The notes beneath the pieces were generated by a model, which worked only from the letters and a program-made list of their open reading frames with translations, searched no databases and was not told the DNA's origin. Source: Eledone cirrhosa (taxonomy: Eukaryota). Taken from it: a stretch of 64,000 nucleotides of DNA. The position numbers and the translations under genes are program-made. The stretch covers positions 22,816,001 to 22,880,000 of the forward strand of contig OZ024746.1 in the NCBI GenBank assembly GCA_964016885.1, in the 5' to 3' direction. Positions 14,283 to 30,128 of this stretch are shown piece by piece. Numbering within the stretch: position 1 is the stretch's first letter; every line of letters begins with the position of its first letter.

Positions 14283-15199
14283 TATGTTTTTGAAACGTCG
14301 TATTTTTGACTAAAGAAATTTTAGCCTGATGGTGGGGTTTACAACACCCAAATAAATGGAAAAAGATGAGTATTGACGTCAATACTGAACTACATACGTA
14401 GTTATAGCTACGTGGTTACGAAGTGGTCAACCATTAGGTTTCGGGTTTGATACATAGCTTGGGCAAGTATCTTTACCAAACGAAAGGCATTTTCATTCTT
14501 CAATAGCTCAGATATTTACAGTTTCTTCGGGTTTCTAACAATTACCATCATAATGCCACCACTACACGTGAAGGCATGTGGCTTAGTGATTAAAGTGTTC
14601 GGCTCACGATCGTAAATGCCACGAGTTTCATAATTGGTGATACCGTGAGTCCTTGAGCAATACATTTTATTTTACGTTGCTTCAGCTGGCATAGATGCGT
14701 TGTTCCTACCTGGAATTTAAAGGGCCAGTCATGACACAGTCAGTATAACACTGAATCTTCCTGAGAACTAAATGTCCGAGGAATGTTCAGCCACATGCAC
14801 ATTAATTTCATTAACAGACTGTTCTGTCGTGCGAAAATCTTGAACACTCATCGTCGGAACCGACGGAGGTTCACCACGCATACACACATATCTACAATGT
14901 GCCATTATAATCCTTTCTAACATTGGCACGAAGCCAACAATTGTGGGAACGGAGAAAGTCGATTATATCGGCCCCAGTACTTAATGCCAAGATAACATCA
15001 ACAGTTTAACTACACCATGGTATCTACCATAAGATCGAAGTAGGTATGATCGTTCATATATTAAATTGATGAGTTCTTTGTGAGAAAACAAAACGTCTAG
15101 CTGAGAATCTATGATGTTAATCACATATAAAACAAAAGAGGAATTGGTATTGAGGAAGGAAAATATTTAATCAGTTCTCTTTCAATGTTTACTTATTGA

Positions 15200-15403
15200 G
15201 GTAGAGGATGCATCCATGGATTCCCATCCCCTCAGAGAGGCAGAGGAATCATCCATGGATTCGCAGTCCCTTAGAGAGGCAGAGGATACATCAATGGATT
15301 CCCAGACCCCCAGAGAGACATATGATTCATCCACAAATTTCCAGACCCTCAGAGAGACAGAAGATTCACCTATGGATTCGCAGACCGCCAGAGAGGCAGA
15401 GGT
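15200..15403. repeat. 39-bp minisatellite, ~5 units, frame-preserving (13-aa repeat)
   Basis: ORF 15216-15410 reads MDSHPLREAEESS/MDSQSLREAEDTS/MDSQTPRETYDSS/TNFQTLRETEDSP/MDSQTAREAEVV. Confidence 0.8.
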
Positions 15404-16612
15404 GGTGTAGTTGATATTCTAAAGCTGACAGTTAATTCCAAGTTATTCGATCAATTATTAAGGAATTTAGAAAAAAAACAGAATTAGTACTGAGAAAGGT
15501 GATTGGATTGGTTGAAGTTAGATTAAAATTTAATGCGGTTCTAAGCTGTATAAACTTGGATGCTCCTCGTTAAAATAATTGCACCATTTCACAAAAAAAA
15601 TGAAAATAAGATTTTTTTTATATTTTGAGGTCCCCTCTCTACTTGAGGTCCTAAACCCGTGCGTACTTTACTTAATGGTTAACCCCACCAACATTTAAAC
15701 CTCCTAATATCCAAAACAACTGTTTCCTTTTAGTGTTTGGATCTGGAGGAAGATTCGTAGATCATCGGAGACAAGTGGCGTCGATATAGCCGGTTAAGTT
15801 AGTCAATCAATGATTAATTGATTTAGAAAATATAGATTAATTTAAAAAATACGAATTAGTTTTGAACGTCTGAAGAGGAGATGGACACCGCTAAGCATTT
15901 CTAATGCCAATAGATACACCATGATGGACACAGTCAAACATCTAAAGTGGTACCCCCATAACTGGCTGCACCCTTTAGGGAACTTGATTGATTATTTTGA
16001 TTTGAAATTATGTTGTGGAAGATCTGTTGATCGGTTGCATCCTCTCACCGTTTATGGCGGCACCCATCGGCTTAACAGACCCCAACCTAAGGATCAGTGA
16101 TGTCAATTTAATTGATGTTCTGGACACAACAGTCAATTCAAAGTAATTTGATCAACAATCGATGTAATTTAGAAATAGGAAGAAGTTTTCCTTTTCGTAT
16201 ATAATTAAAAACAATTGTACAAGGAAATGATAATTATTATAAGGAAGTATTATTAGATCTTACTTCATATAGACCATATATCTTTTGATGAATAGATAGA
16301 TTTAGCAGAAAGAAAACAAGTGGTTATATATCGTATGATATGATCAGGTAACTCCGGGTGGAGTCATAGTGACATACAGTGTTTCTTGGGCATTTTAAAC
16401 CTGGCGGAGCCCATCACCTCTCCAGGTCTGAACACAGCAGATTTCCTCCAGAAAAGAAAAGAAGGTGAAAGAAAGAGGGAGAGGAGAGTGGGAAAGAGAT
16501 ATAGATGAAGAATCGAGCCCAGTACTTGAATGGTACAATACGGTATATATCCAGTACCAGAGTGGTTATATATCGTATTGTTGATCAAATAGAAAAATAT
16601 TAGTCAACTTAC

Positions 16613-16777
16613 CTTGATTTTTACTTTATTTTCTTAAATATCTGAGCTTGTAAACTCTCAGTTAAATCAGACGATACAAGGAAGTAGAGGCATGTACCAA
16701 AATAGTATTCATCCATGGCTATTTGATGGCAGTAAAACTGCATTTGACATTTGCCATCAAACTATAAAAGTTACAAG
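16613..16777 (-). other. Candidate non-coding or UTR exon (165 nt)
   Basis: Minus-strand acceptor CTTTCCTCCCTTGTACAG| and donor AAG|GTAAGT, in non-repetitive sequence. Stops occur in all three frames. Confidence 0.3.
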
Positions 16778-17345
16778 CTGTACAAGGGAGGAAAGCAATC
16801 CGGATTGCTGTTGCGTATTTGTATATATGTGATTGTGTGTGTGTTTTCCCTCCTGTATCTATGAAAACAATCACTTATACACTATAAAAATATTGATAAG
16901 CGGGGCTGACGACAAAGTATATACTGTTCATTTCCTCTGACTTTCTACTTTCTTTCTCCGGCCGAGAGAAAGAGAACGAGGAAGATAGAGTGAACGAGAT
17001 AGAATAGAAAACAAAAATAAAAACTTGTGTGATTGTTGTTGTTATGTCCCGTACTTAGCACGTCCTAATTTCAGTGCTTGTCGCCAACTAGTTGTACTTG
17101 CAGTGGAAGACGAATGACAAGTATTATATTACACTGATTCTCAAGTCTCGTTCACTCTCCATTTCGAATACCAGCCAACTAATGGTAACAACAATTCCAC
17201 TCTTTAAAGAAGTGAACTCTAAATCCTACATTTTCCCAGAACAATAACTGTGTCAATAGATCAAAATACACTCTATATTAATTTCAAATTCATTATTATT
17301 GAATTAACGTTTGTTTAGCTTAAATAAAATAAAATAAAATTAAAA

Positions 17346-17391
<46 letters not shown>

Positions 17392-17687
17392 GGGGTGGGG
17401 TGAAATGCTTCAAAGTCTGACCTTCGAAAATTACGAATATAAAATATATTTCTTGGTATTGTTATTGTAAAATATCCTGTTTGAGGGGCGTTGTGTCATA
17501 GCATTTTATATATATAAACAGAGAATGATGTTTTGTCAAATCTCTTTTCTATTGGCCAGGAAAGATTTGTTTGTGGTTGTTGTTGTTGTTGTTGTTGTTG
17601 TTTTGTTTTCATTTATTCGTCTCTTATTTTTGTCTGTCTTTCTATTTTCGTTCAACAGTTTTTTTTAAATAATAATAATAATAGGAG

Positions 17688-17719
17688 TGATAATAATGAT
17701 GGTGATGGTGATGATGATA

Positions 17720-17759
<40 letters not shown>

Positions 17760-17808
17760 CGATGATGACGATGACGATGATGATGATGATGATGATGATG
17801 ACGATGAT
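17688..17808. repeat. (GAT)n/(GAC) trinucleotide microsatellite, followed by an (AAC/AAT)-rich tract to ~18140
   Basis: Directly visible. Confidence 0.9.
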
Positions 17809-18149
17809 ATAAAAGTAAACAGAATGGAAACAATTGAAGAACGGTAAACAAATTAAATAGTAGGCGGTAAAAGACAAAACAACATAAAGTTAACAACAAC
17901 AACAACAGTAGCAATATTAACAACAGCAAAAAGCCACATAAGTGGCTCCAGATATATAGTACTACTTCTGTAGTAACAATAAAAACAGTAGCAATAGTAA
18001 CAACAACAGCATCAATACAAACAACAACAACAACAGCAGTAATACTAACAACAACAGTAGCAATACTAACATCAATAGCAACACTAACAAAAACAACAAC
18101 AATAGTAACAATAATAACAACAACAACAACAACAATAATAACGATTTTT

Positions 18150-18640
18150 AATTTAGGCACAAGGCCAGAATTTGAGGAGAGGGTAAAGTCGATTACATTG
18201 ACCCAGTATTTGACTGGTATTTTATTTTATCGACCTCCCAAGGATGAAAAGCAAAATTGATCTCGGCGGATTTGAATAATAAAAATAACAATGATACTGA
18301 TAATAATTGTTTCTACGTTAGGCACAAGGCCAGCAATTACCCAGTGCATTACTGGTACTTTATTTTATCGACCCTGTAAGGATGAAAGGCAAAGTTAACC
18401 TTGACGGGATTTGATTTTAAATGATACTGATAATAATAAGGATTTCTAGTATAGGCACAAGGCCAGCAATTTTGGGGGAGGGTAAAGTCGATTAATTCGA
18501 CCCCAGTGAATTATTGGTATTTTATTTTATCGACCCTGTAAGGATGAAAGACAAGGCTAACCTCGGCGGGATTTAAAATCAGAATCTAAAGGGCAGTAGC
18601 TCTATGCTACAATAGTGTCCGTCGCTCTACAGATTCTGTT
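18150..18640 (-). mobile_element. Cluster of three SINE type A copies
   Basis: Three reverse-complement cores. The middle copy is flanked by TSD AATGATACTGATAATAAT (~18290 and ~18420). Confidence 0.8.
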
Positions 18641-19660
18641 ATTCATAACAACAACAATAACCACAACAACATAACAACAACAATAATAGCAATAATAATA
18701 ATAAAGAGAAGCGCAAGATGATTAAATCAAATGTATGGGAGAGATACTGTAAGTGGGTGGTGGGGACGAGAGGAAAATAATTATGTAATTAACTTTTGAA
18801 ACTTGCATTGTTAATCATTATCATAGAGTAAATTGATAAGACAAATGACGTATGTATGTATGTATTTACGGTATGTATGTATATATGTATGTATGTATGT
18901 ATGTGTGTATGAATATATGCAATATATCTATATGTAATGTGGGTGCATATGTGACATAGTATATATATATGTGTGTAGATTTATATATGCGTGTGTGTGA
19001 ATGTTTGTATGTATGTATGTGTGTGTGTGTGTGTATGTGATGAAGAATAATATAGTACTATTTCTGTAGGTGTCCCAATGATTTGTCAGAGTGTATGTAC
19101 AGGGGCGGGGGGGGGGGGGAGCGGTATCAAATGAGGCGCTAATGTTCAAATATCAAATGACCGAGGTTGTATAGATGTTTGGTTTTAAACTAGTTTTAAA
19201 GGTGTTGGATGGCGGCTGGGTTGGTAATGAGATGGTCAAAATACTGTGTTGTGTTTAGTTAGGTTACATTGCATTGAAGGTTTAGTTATAAACATTGGTA
19301 GATGGTAGATTGGTAGAATAGTCGAAAACATAAAACAGGCTTTTTCTTCAAAATATCTTTTCCGTTCCTTCCACTTCTCACTCTCTATTTTTATATTTAA
19401 TCTTTTATTTCTCATTCTATCTTATGATAAAGGACGAGTGTTCGAGACGTAAAGACTATTTTCCTAGTATATCAAGCGTTAAACTAATATATTTTTTCAT
19501 TATACTGTGTTGTTTGGCTTGTTTTTTCCGTTAACTAAGAAACCACTGGTAAATGAAATAATTGCCTTATGTTGTTTATTACATAACTATTAAGCTGTGT
19601 TACCTACATAGAGCACTCTTTTTTCCTGGACTTTTCCGACGGAATTACTTCATTTATATT

Positions 19661-19734
<74 letters not shown>

Positions 19735-19762
19735 AGTGTGTGTGTGTGTGTGTATATATATG

Positions 19763-19852
<90 letters not shown>

Positions 19853-19855
<3 letters not shown>

Positions 19856-20060
19856 CTATTATTCAATAGAATACTTGATTGTTGGAATAGTAGAATGTAA
19901 CTACATGAGAGAGAGTCGGGGCCCGAAGGCTGAGGTGATGTCAATTCGACAGATAATTCCAGAGTATAGAATTAACTGTCGAAACAGCAATAGCTCAACC
20001 GTCGTGTCCCGACTCTCTCTTGCCTCCTGTGTTTTGTTCGTTCATTTTCATTTCAAATAT
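19853..20060 (-). mobile_element. Diverged fold-back element related to the 20127 and 29601 elements, between (TA)n tracts
   Basis: GAATTAACTGTCGAAACAGCAATAGCTCAACCGTCGTGTCCCGACTC aligns to GAATTAGCCGTCGAAACGGCTTGAGCTCAGCCGTCGGGGTCCTACTC. Imperfect inverted repeat at 19907-20020. Confidence 0.65.
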
Positions 20061-20065
20061 ATATA

Positions 20066-20444
<379 letters not shown>

Positions 20445-20652
20445 TTTGTGTATTTTTTCTCGCGAGTCAGTTCTTTCGTTGCTACGGTCCCCGCGGCTGA
20501 ATTACCGGTCGCTATATTCAATTTGCAAAGCCCTTTAAACGGTATGTTATTACTCTAAGGTTTTTTACCTTATCGAGTGCTTGGCTGCACTTCTGATTGC
20601 ATTCGTTGGCTTAGTGCGGCTCGAGCTTCGAATATGCTGTACTTCCATTTGT

Positions 20653-20706
<54 letters not shown>

Positions 20707-20812
20707 ATATTAGTTTTGGTGCTCTGAAATAGCGATGTATATATGAATGTATGTATAGTATATTTGGCAATATACTGTATGTTTACACACACACACACAC
20801 ACACACACACGC

Positions 20813-20843
<31 letters not shown>

Positions 20844-21183
20844 TATATATCTAAATGTTTTGTTGTTGACCTTCCTTCTGTTTTGTCAAGTGGTTTGTCA
20901 TTTGTTTTATGTTTTTATTATCCATTCATATGTGACGGCATTTACCATTGATACTCATTTCTCAAACACTTATCTATATTTACTTCCACTTGCATTCACA
21001 TATGCATATAAACACGCATGCACACACACAGACACACACACACACATGTATGTATGTATATATATATATATATATACATCCATACATATATACATATACA
21101 GCTATATACATTCAAATATATATACATACTAAGCATCTACGTACGCCTGACTTCTGTTTTTTATTGTTACATGCACACACACA

Positions 21184-21324
<141 letters not shown>

Positions 21325-21434
21325 ATGTATGTGTACATATATATATACATCCAGCTTCTTATATAAATATATACACACATACAAACAGGCGTACACACAC
21401 ACATATATGTGTGTGCGTGTGTGTATGTGTGTAT

Positions 21435-21511
<77 letters not shown>

Positions 21512-22009
21512 TACATATATATATATATATATATATATTTCGTTTCTGAATTTGTTGGCAACATGACCCTCCCAAAGTATAACAATATATATATATATAT
21601 ATATATGTATATGTATATATATGTACGTAATACATGATGTTATGTATGTATGTATGTATGTATGTATGTGTGTGTATGTGTATAAGTATTGTTTTTAAAT
21701 CTATGTCAAGCATTGTTAACAAAGGAGTCCTTGGTTATAGGACGCCAATGGAACACACACAGTAGTTTCTATGTATGGCGACACTAACAAGAGTTTGTCC
21801 GAGCAGACGACCTTTGAAACAACGTGTCTTGTTAGAGAGAGAGGACTTTTGTGACAATTTCTAGAACGTTGTTCTATATCTGGATAACCCCGTCTAACAT
21901 CTGGGACAAGGCACCAGGGATTAAAATGTCGTAAACAGACATGAATATATAAGTTCTTGTAAAACGTCGTATTTCTGACTTTGGTTCTAATAACATTGCT
22001 AACACTTTC

Positions 22010-22880
22010 ATTACCATATTTCTAATAAAAGACACTGCCTGGAGTTTTCAAATAATTTTGAAAAAAAAATCAAGAAGCTGTAAGATTTAGTAACATAACT
22101 AATTTTCTTAATCCCTGGCTGGTGTTTGGAGCTTAAAGGTTCTTGCATAAAATTATGAGTGTGTATAGATAAATATAAACACTTTAAACTTCTCGTTACC
22201 ATATTTCTAATGAAAGACTGAAAATATTCAAGAATTTGGACGGATTTTATAATAAAACAACCTTTTTTATTATTAAGCTTGTGTTTGGAACATAACTTAA
22301 CAAAGATTCGTGCAGAAAATTATGATGGAAGGTTTATAGATAAACACTTTATGTTGTCATATTTTGAATGAAAGACACTAGCCTGTCGTTTTCAAATTAT
22401 TTTGAAAATAATTAAGAATTTGAATATAAATAAATTCCTCATTAGTTTGGAACATAACATAGCAAAGGTTCTTACATAAAATTATGATGGAAAGTTTTTA
22501 GATAAATATATACTCTAACATATTTGTTACCATATTTCTAATGACAGAAACTGTGTTTTACATATCATTGAAAATATAATCAAGAATTTCCACATTATCA
22601 AGATGGTATTTGGAAAATCACTTAACAAAGGTTTTTTAATAAATTTATGGTGGAAGGTTTTTAAACACTGTAACTCTCTTTAAAAAATATATTTCTACTG
22701 AAAGACTGTGGATTTCAACTTTTCAAATCATTTTTTAAATTATCAAGAATTTGGAAGAATTTAGTAACATAATTAACTTACTCATTGTCACACTGGTGTT
22801 TGGAACGTAGCTTAACAAATGTTCATATATAAAATTATAATGGAAGGCTTTAGATAAGCATAAAAACCTTGAAATAAAGA
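22010..22880. repeat. Degenerate ~150-185-bp satellite, ~5 units
   Basis: Recurring TTTGGAACATAACTTAACAAAG..AAATTATGATGGAAGGTTTT and TTACCATATTTCTAAT. A dispersed unit lies at ~12395-12555. Confidence 0.75.
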
Positions 22881-23279
22881 GTTTGGCATCATAGAGTCAA
22901 GGAAGGTTTCATGCAGTTTGATAACAAAATAGTTAAGTTGTGAAGAACTTTGACTTGTGTTTTAAGTTGTTGGTTGTAGCACCAGTTGCATTGATTATAA
23001 GTTACTTCTTTTAGAGTGTAGTGAATCGAGTGAGTATGTTGAAGGAAGGATTCATTCAACATAGATATAGATAGTCCAGACATTTTCGCTTTTGTGCTTT
23101 GTCATCTATAGGTCTCGTTTCATTGTATATATATATTCTCTGCGATTTTGTGGGGCGCTCTACGAAGCTTTGATTCATACAATGGATGTTCTGACTACAC
23201 TAAAATTGTACTTAATACAATGTAAGGCTTTTATGAAACCATTGATTTAAACTTTGATAGTTCAACTGTCATCACCTTC

Positions 23280-23402
<123 letters not shown>

Positions 23403-23457
23403 TAGGTATGTATGTAATATTACATTACAAATATATGTATGTATGTCATATTGAATT

Positions 23458-23561
<104 letters not shown>

Positions 23562-24592
23562 ATCTATATGTATACAACAAATTCAGATGATAGAGAGGAG
23601 TTTTTAAATAATTTGATGTGCACAATACAGAAAATACAAATATAACCATCAATCATAGAATACATTTCCCTTCTCTGTACTTGCTTTTCATTAACTTGGG
23701 GTCGCATCGATGCTTCTCAACCTGTACAACAATCAATGGTACTTAGCTAGGTTCAAGTTATATATATTTTTTCTTTTATTTCTTTGTTTTTATTACATTG
23801 TCATGGCATTATATTTTCTGAGTGATGTACTGAAACAGTTGTAAAGCAGTAAATGATTTAAGAACCCTTTTCTAACAACTGAATTTGTTGTATGTGCTCT
23901 CTGCTATAAATGACGCCTTTTCGTCTATTCTTAAATGACACCTCTTCTACATTTGTGTATATAACGACCTAAACACATTGATTATATATATTATTGATTG
24001 GTAATTTCTGAATTGTCTTCAGTTAATTCTATAGTATATTTGTATATATTTGTATATATAACCGTGTAGTTACTTTCTATGTGTTAGACGACATCTGTTC
24101 TTTTATCAGTCACTTCGACAAGACCATGTTTTGTTACCAGATAGCTACACGTATTCGATTTCATTACTTGTATCTTTTTATATCCAGTGTGAAGCAGCTG
24201 AGTATGTTTCAAGCATTAAACTTTTGTCTCTCGCGTCATGGAGTCAGTTCCGGTACAAACGCTTATTTGTATCTAAAGACGAGCTTATTAATTCTTTTCG
24301 CTGTTAAAATCGGATTATCAAGAATCAGACAGCAGTAGGTTGGTTAACTTTCTTCTCAATTTAAAATTATCTTAACGCTACAGAATCTAGAGTTAAACAC
24401 CCGGATCAGGATGTATTTATTACCTTGGGGATATATATATATATATATATATATATTATTTCTGTATTCTTTCCTAAGATGACTGCTGCACCTAAAGGCA
24501 AAGGAAATTGTATTAAAATTATTGGTTATCACCCTGATGATCTTGTTCTAACATGAGTAGATTACCAATACACACATAAACTCACACAAACA

Positions 24593-24645
<53 letters not shown>

Positions 24646-25839
24646 GTATTATATATATATACACACATATAATAAGCGTTTTACACTGACTGTATGCGAA
24701 CACATGTAATACAAACACGTATCTTTACCCGTTGGGCCTGTAATCTTTCTATACAGGAAGCGGAAATAGTCGATTATTTTAAATCATAGAATACTACTCT
24801 CGTTTATGTGATAAATCTGAACTACACGAGATTTAACCAGATTTAAATTAAATGACGGGGGACTGCAGACCAAGTGGTTTCATTATATTACCATGATTAC
24901 CACCTCAGCCGGTGCTTGGGTATTTAACGACCTAGGTTGATTCTACTATGACTTGCCACATCACCTGGCGTGGGTGAGTGGGGACTGTTTAGTGGAAAAT
25001 GCAGGTTTAATAATTCTCGTAGCGAGGTCAGATCAAAAAGTGTCAAAAAACTAGATTTATAAGATTACTAATCTTTAAGTTGAAATAATGATTCTGTTTA
25101 CACAACATATTTAATATGTATGAGATGCTTATACAAATCATACATAATATAATATTGTATACAACATCCAGCCATGTTCTCCTAATTCCTGGTGGAGTCG
25201 TAGTATGACACACGGTGGTCTTGGGTATATAAACCTGGTGGAGTATATCCGTCTCCATGGATGAACACAACAGATTTCTTCTTCTTCTTCTTCTTCTTCC
25301 TCTCTCTCTCTCTCTCTCTCGAAGAAGAAGAAGAAGAAGAAGAAGAAGAAGGAGAGAGAGAGGGAGAGAGAGAGAGAAAGAGTCAACCCCAATACAGGAC
25401 TAAAATATTATTTATCATTCTCAAAAAGATGAAAGGCAAAGTTAATCTTGCCGGGATTTGAACACAGAGAGCAGAGAGTCAAAACGAATATCGCAAAGCG
25501 TCCTATCCAACATTCTAACGACTCTGTCATATCGTCGCCCATACACAATATACACGCGGTGTGTATACAGTATTATAGACGATATGTGTTTAGGACGAGG
25601 AAATATACAAAATATATACACACAATTAAAAATGGAAACCAGGTTAATAAATTACTGCTGCAAGATGGCCCGATAAGATTTTCATCCGCGTTGTTAATGA
25701 TTAGACACCCCCATCTCTTGTTAATCAAACATACCTTCCTGTTCTATATCCCCCCTCTGGCGTTTTCCTTAATGTTGCGACATATTGAGAAACACAAAGA
25801 AAACACACAGACACACACACACACACACACACATACACG

Positions 25840-26903
<1,064 letters not shown>

Positions 26904-27687
26904 TAAAATAAAATAAACTCGAGATTGATTAGAAAGTCACGGCGTCGTACCAATTAATCAGGAGAATATTTCTAAATGATCGTCGATATTAATACACTAA
27001 TATCTTTGAAAATGGCTATCTGCTATTCCTTTAGCACGGACAAGAAATCTAATTTCCAAATTTATTTACATGAATTACACATAAATCAAAATCAATCGCG
27101 ATGTCCATTTCCGTCCCCGTTATTTAGAAATATTCTTTAATTATATCAAGAGCCTTTTCCAAAGAATTATTAGTGGATCTAACAATTACAGATGTATATT
27201 TTTGATATGCTTGGATACGTAGAGCAATTTTATTTCATTTGCGTACAATTTAATAAGTGAAATTTATCGTTTAACTAAGTCCATAGTGATCATATGTTGT
27301 ATATTTAACGCGAGACTTATTGGTTAGGTCGTTTGGTTATCGATCGCGAGGTCGTGATTTCGAATCCTGGCGGTGGGCCGGTTGTTTCCTTACAGGTGAA
27401 TGATGCTAACTTGCAACGACATATTTGATTTGTGGGCTTTATTTACTTAAGTGCAACACTTATACAGACCTGTCACCATCTAAAAGCCCAAACGGGGAGT
27501 AGCATGAAAAAAAAGTGTCCCAAAGCAGAGTGAAATGAGGCAAAATGGGGAGATTTTGCATACAGAAAGCTATACCCATTTTCACAAGAGAAGACATCTC
27601 TCACCCACCCCAAAGTGGACGGGGGAGAGTTGACAGGCCTGCTTATATTTGCAGAAGCTGGAAGGTCATACGAACATACGCACAGAA

Positions 27688-27768
<81 letters not shown>

Positions 27769-28029
27769 GTGTATGTGTGTTCGCTCCGCTTCACTAAATA
27801 TTGTATTTTTACAAGTATTGTATCATGTATTATAGTAAATAGAGGTTGACTTTACCTTTCATCCTTACGAGGTCGATAAAATAAAGTACCAGTAATGCAC
27901 TGGGTATTTGCTGGCCTTGTGCCTAAATTAGAAACAATTATAGTAAATAGAGCACCATATCAAATACATTGTTGCAAGTTAGTATTATTGTTCCGTCACG
28001 AAAACATTTGCATTTATTATAATCGATTA

Positions 28030-28340
28030 GTGGGCGGTGGATTGATGGTATAGTTAGAACGTCGGACTAGCGGCATGTAGTTACAGCCCTTTACGTTCTG
28101 TGTTCAAATCCCGCTAAGGTCAACTTCGCATTTCATCCATTCGAGGTCGATAAAAAAGTACCAGTCAAGTACTAGGGTCGGTTCTTCCTCTCTATATCTC
28201 TTTCTTACTTCCATTCTCTCCCTCTCTCTTTCCTTCTCTGGAAGAAATCTGCTGTATTCAAACCTGGAGAAGTGATGGGCTCGGCCAGGTTTAAAAATAC
28301 CCTAGAAACGCATGTCAATACGGCGCCCCTACGACTCTCA
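28030..28340 (+). mobile_element. SINE with type A head/core and an alternative long pyrimidine-rich tail ending ..GGCGCCCCTACGACT
   Basis: The same tail occurs at 7775-7935 (+), 16360-16540 (-), 3575-3760 (-), and at the window start (1-40). Confidence 0.7.
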
Positions 28341-28863
28341 CAGGTGTTACGGAACCATGCATGCTCATAGATACGGGGATGCAAAGAATATATTTGGATA
28401 GATTGATAGATACATGAAGAGCACACACAAGGATAGAAAACCGTATTTCTGGATATATACATATATACACTGAATGATCCTGAGAATTCCTTTAATTGTA
28501 CACGTGTCTGTGAAATGCAATTAATGTCAATAGAAGGCAGTATCGTTGGGAAGAAAAAAACTGGACAATTCACCGTCGAGAGCGACGGAGGTCCATTCCA
28601 ATCAGTCCAAAGATTGAGGCACGGAGATGAATATCTAAAGAGATTTGTATTCCGTTAACATATGAACTGAATGCTTTCATTTAGAAAGATATTTCACCAT
28701 ATAAGATAGAGTTTGAAGAAAGTGGTGCTTTTACTACTACACAAATGGGCTATTTCTAGATAAAGCTAGAAACTATAATCTGGATTGAGAAAGAATACTT
28801 CAAATAAATGTAATTTTGTGTGCTATACATTATATATATAATTATAGAAAAAAAGAGAGAGAA

Positions 28864-28894
<31 letters not shown>

Positions 28895-29045
28895 AATTTA
28901 TATGTATACATATGTATATGTGTATGTATATTTATACAAGAAAGAGAGAGTGAAAGAGAAAGATATGTATATGTATATATATATGTATATATATACGTAT
29001 ATATATATATATATATATATACGTATATATATATGTATATATATG

Positions 29046-29077
<32 letters not shown>

Positions 29078-29151
29078 CATATATATATATACATGTCTTT
29101 CTCTTTCACACTCTCTCTATATATATACACGAATATATTCATATATATATA

Positions 29152-29335
29152 TAATTGTTTCTACTTTAGGCACAAGGCCAGCAATTATCCCAGTGCATTA
29201 CTGGTACTTTATTTTATCGACCCCGTAAGGATGAAAGGCAAAGTCAACCTCGGCGGGATTTGAACTCAGATCGTAAAGGGACGTAACTATGCTGGAAAGG
29301 ATGGCGTCCGACCCTCTACTGATACTGCCAATATA
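29152..29335 (-). mobile_element. SINE type A, near full length
   Basis: Reverse complement closely matches 47041-47230. Confidence 0.85.
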
Positions 29336-29388
29336 TAATTGTTGACGGAGATAGGAATGAAAACTCAATATCGAAGTAGAGTTTAAAT

Positions 29389-29549
29389 ATTCATTTATTA
29401 TGGCTATGTGATGAGCCATATTACTTTGGAGTCTCACCTGCGTACTGTCAGGATCATAAGACAAGACTGGTGATCCTGTGAGTGTCAGGTGAAACATTAG
29501 AGTAACAAAGCTCTCCAATAGCCATAATAAATGAATGTATTATTCATCT

Positions 29550-29551
<2 letters not shown>
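29389..29551. mobile_element. Old fold-back element with two degenerate back-to-back hammerhead motifs
   Basis: Imperfect inverted repeat at 29389-29537. Plus copy: CTGGTGA-tcctg..caggt-GAAA-cattagag-TA-acaa. Minus copy: ttgt-CTTATGA-tcctg..caggt-GAGA-ctccaaag-TA. Confidence 0.6.
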
Positions 29552-29600
<49 letters not shown>

Positions 29601-29605
<5 letters not shown>

Positions 29606-29824
29606 AACGAGTAGGACCCCGACGGCTGAGCTCAAGCCGTTTCGACGGCTAATTCTGGACTAAAATTTAGTTCATTTAGTTCATTTTAGTCCAGCATTAG
29701 CCGTCGAAACGGCTTGAGCTCAGCCGTCGGGGTCCTACTCGTTCCTATTACCCACTCTACTACCCTAAGTATTGAGTACTTTGGTGCGTTATGGTCCACC
29801 TGGTTCCTTACCACATTTCCTCCG

Positions 29825-29826
<2 letters not shown>
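29601..29826 (+). mobile_element. Second copy of the 20127 fold-back element, in (TA)n
   Basis: Same arms and tail; the hairpin loop differs. Confidence 0.85.
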
Positions 29827-29896
<70 letters not shown>

Positions 29897-30080
29897 AAGG
29901 CATGTATTGAGTTAGAAACTCAAAATAGTCACATTACAGTAAATTAGCTCTAAGAAAGAGGTTTTTCCGACCATATATTATAATTGAACAAAAAAGAAAA
30001 ACGAACACATATACATATATGTATACATATATATTTGAACACATATACATATGTGTTCAAATCGTAATGGACCAGAATCG

Positions 30081-30128
<48 letters not shown>

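Noticed and set aside
17533-18160. Poly-Asp, poly-His and poly-Val ORFs
   Set aside because: They are explained by (GAT)n and (AAC)n microsatellites.
24081-24338. LDDIC motif suggesting another RT fragment
   Set aside because: The flanking RT motifs could not be recovered convincingly in any frame.
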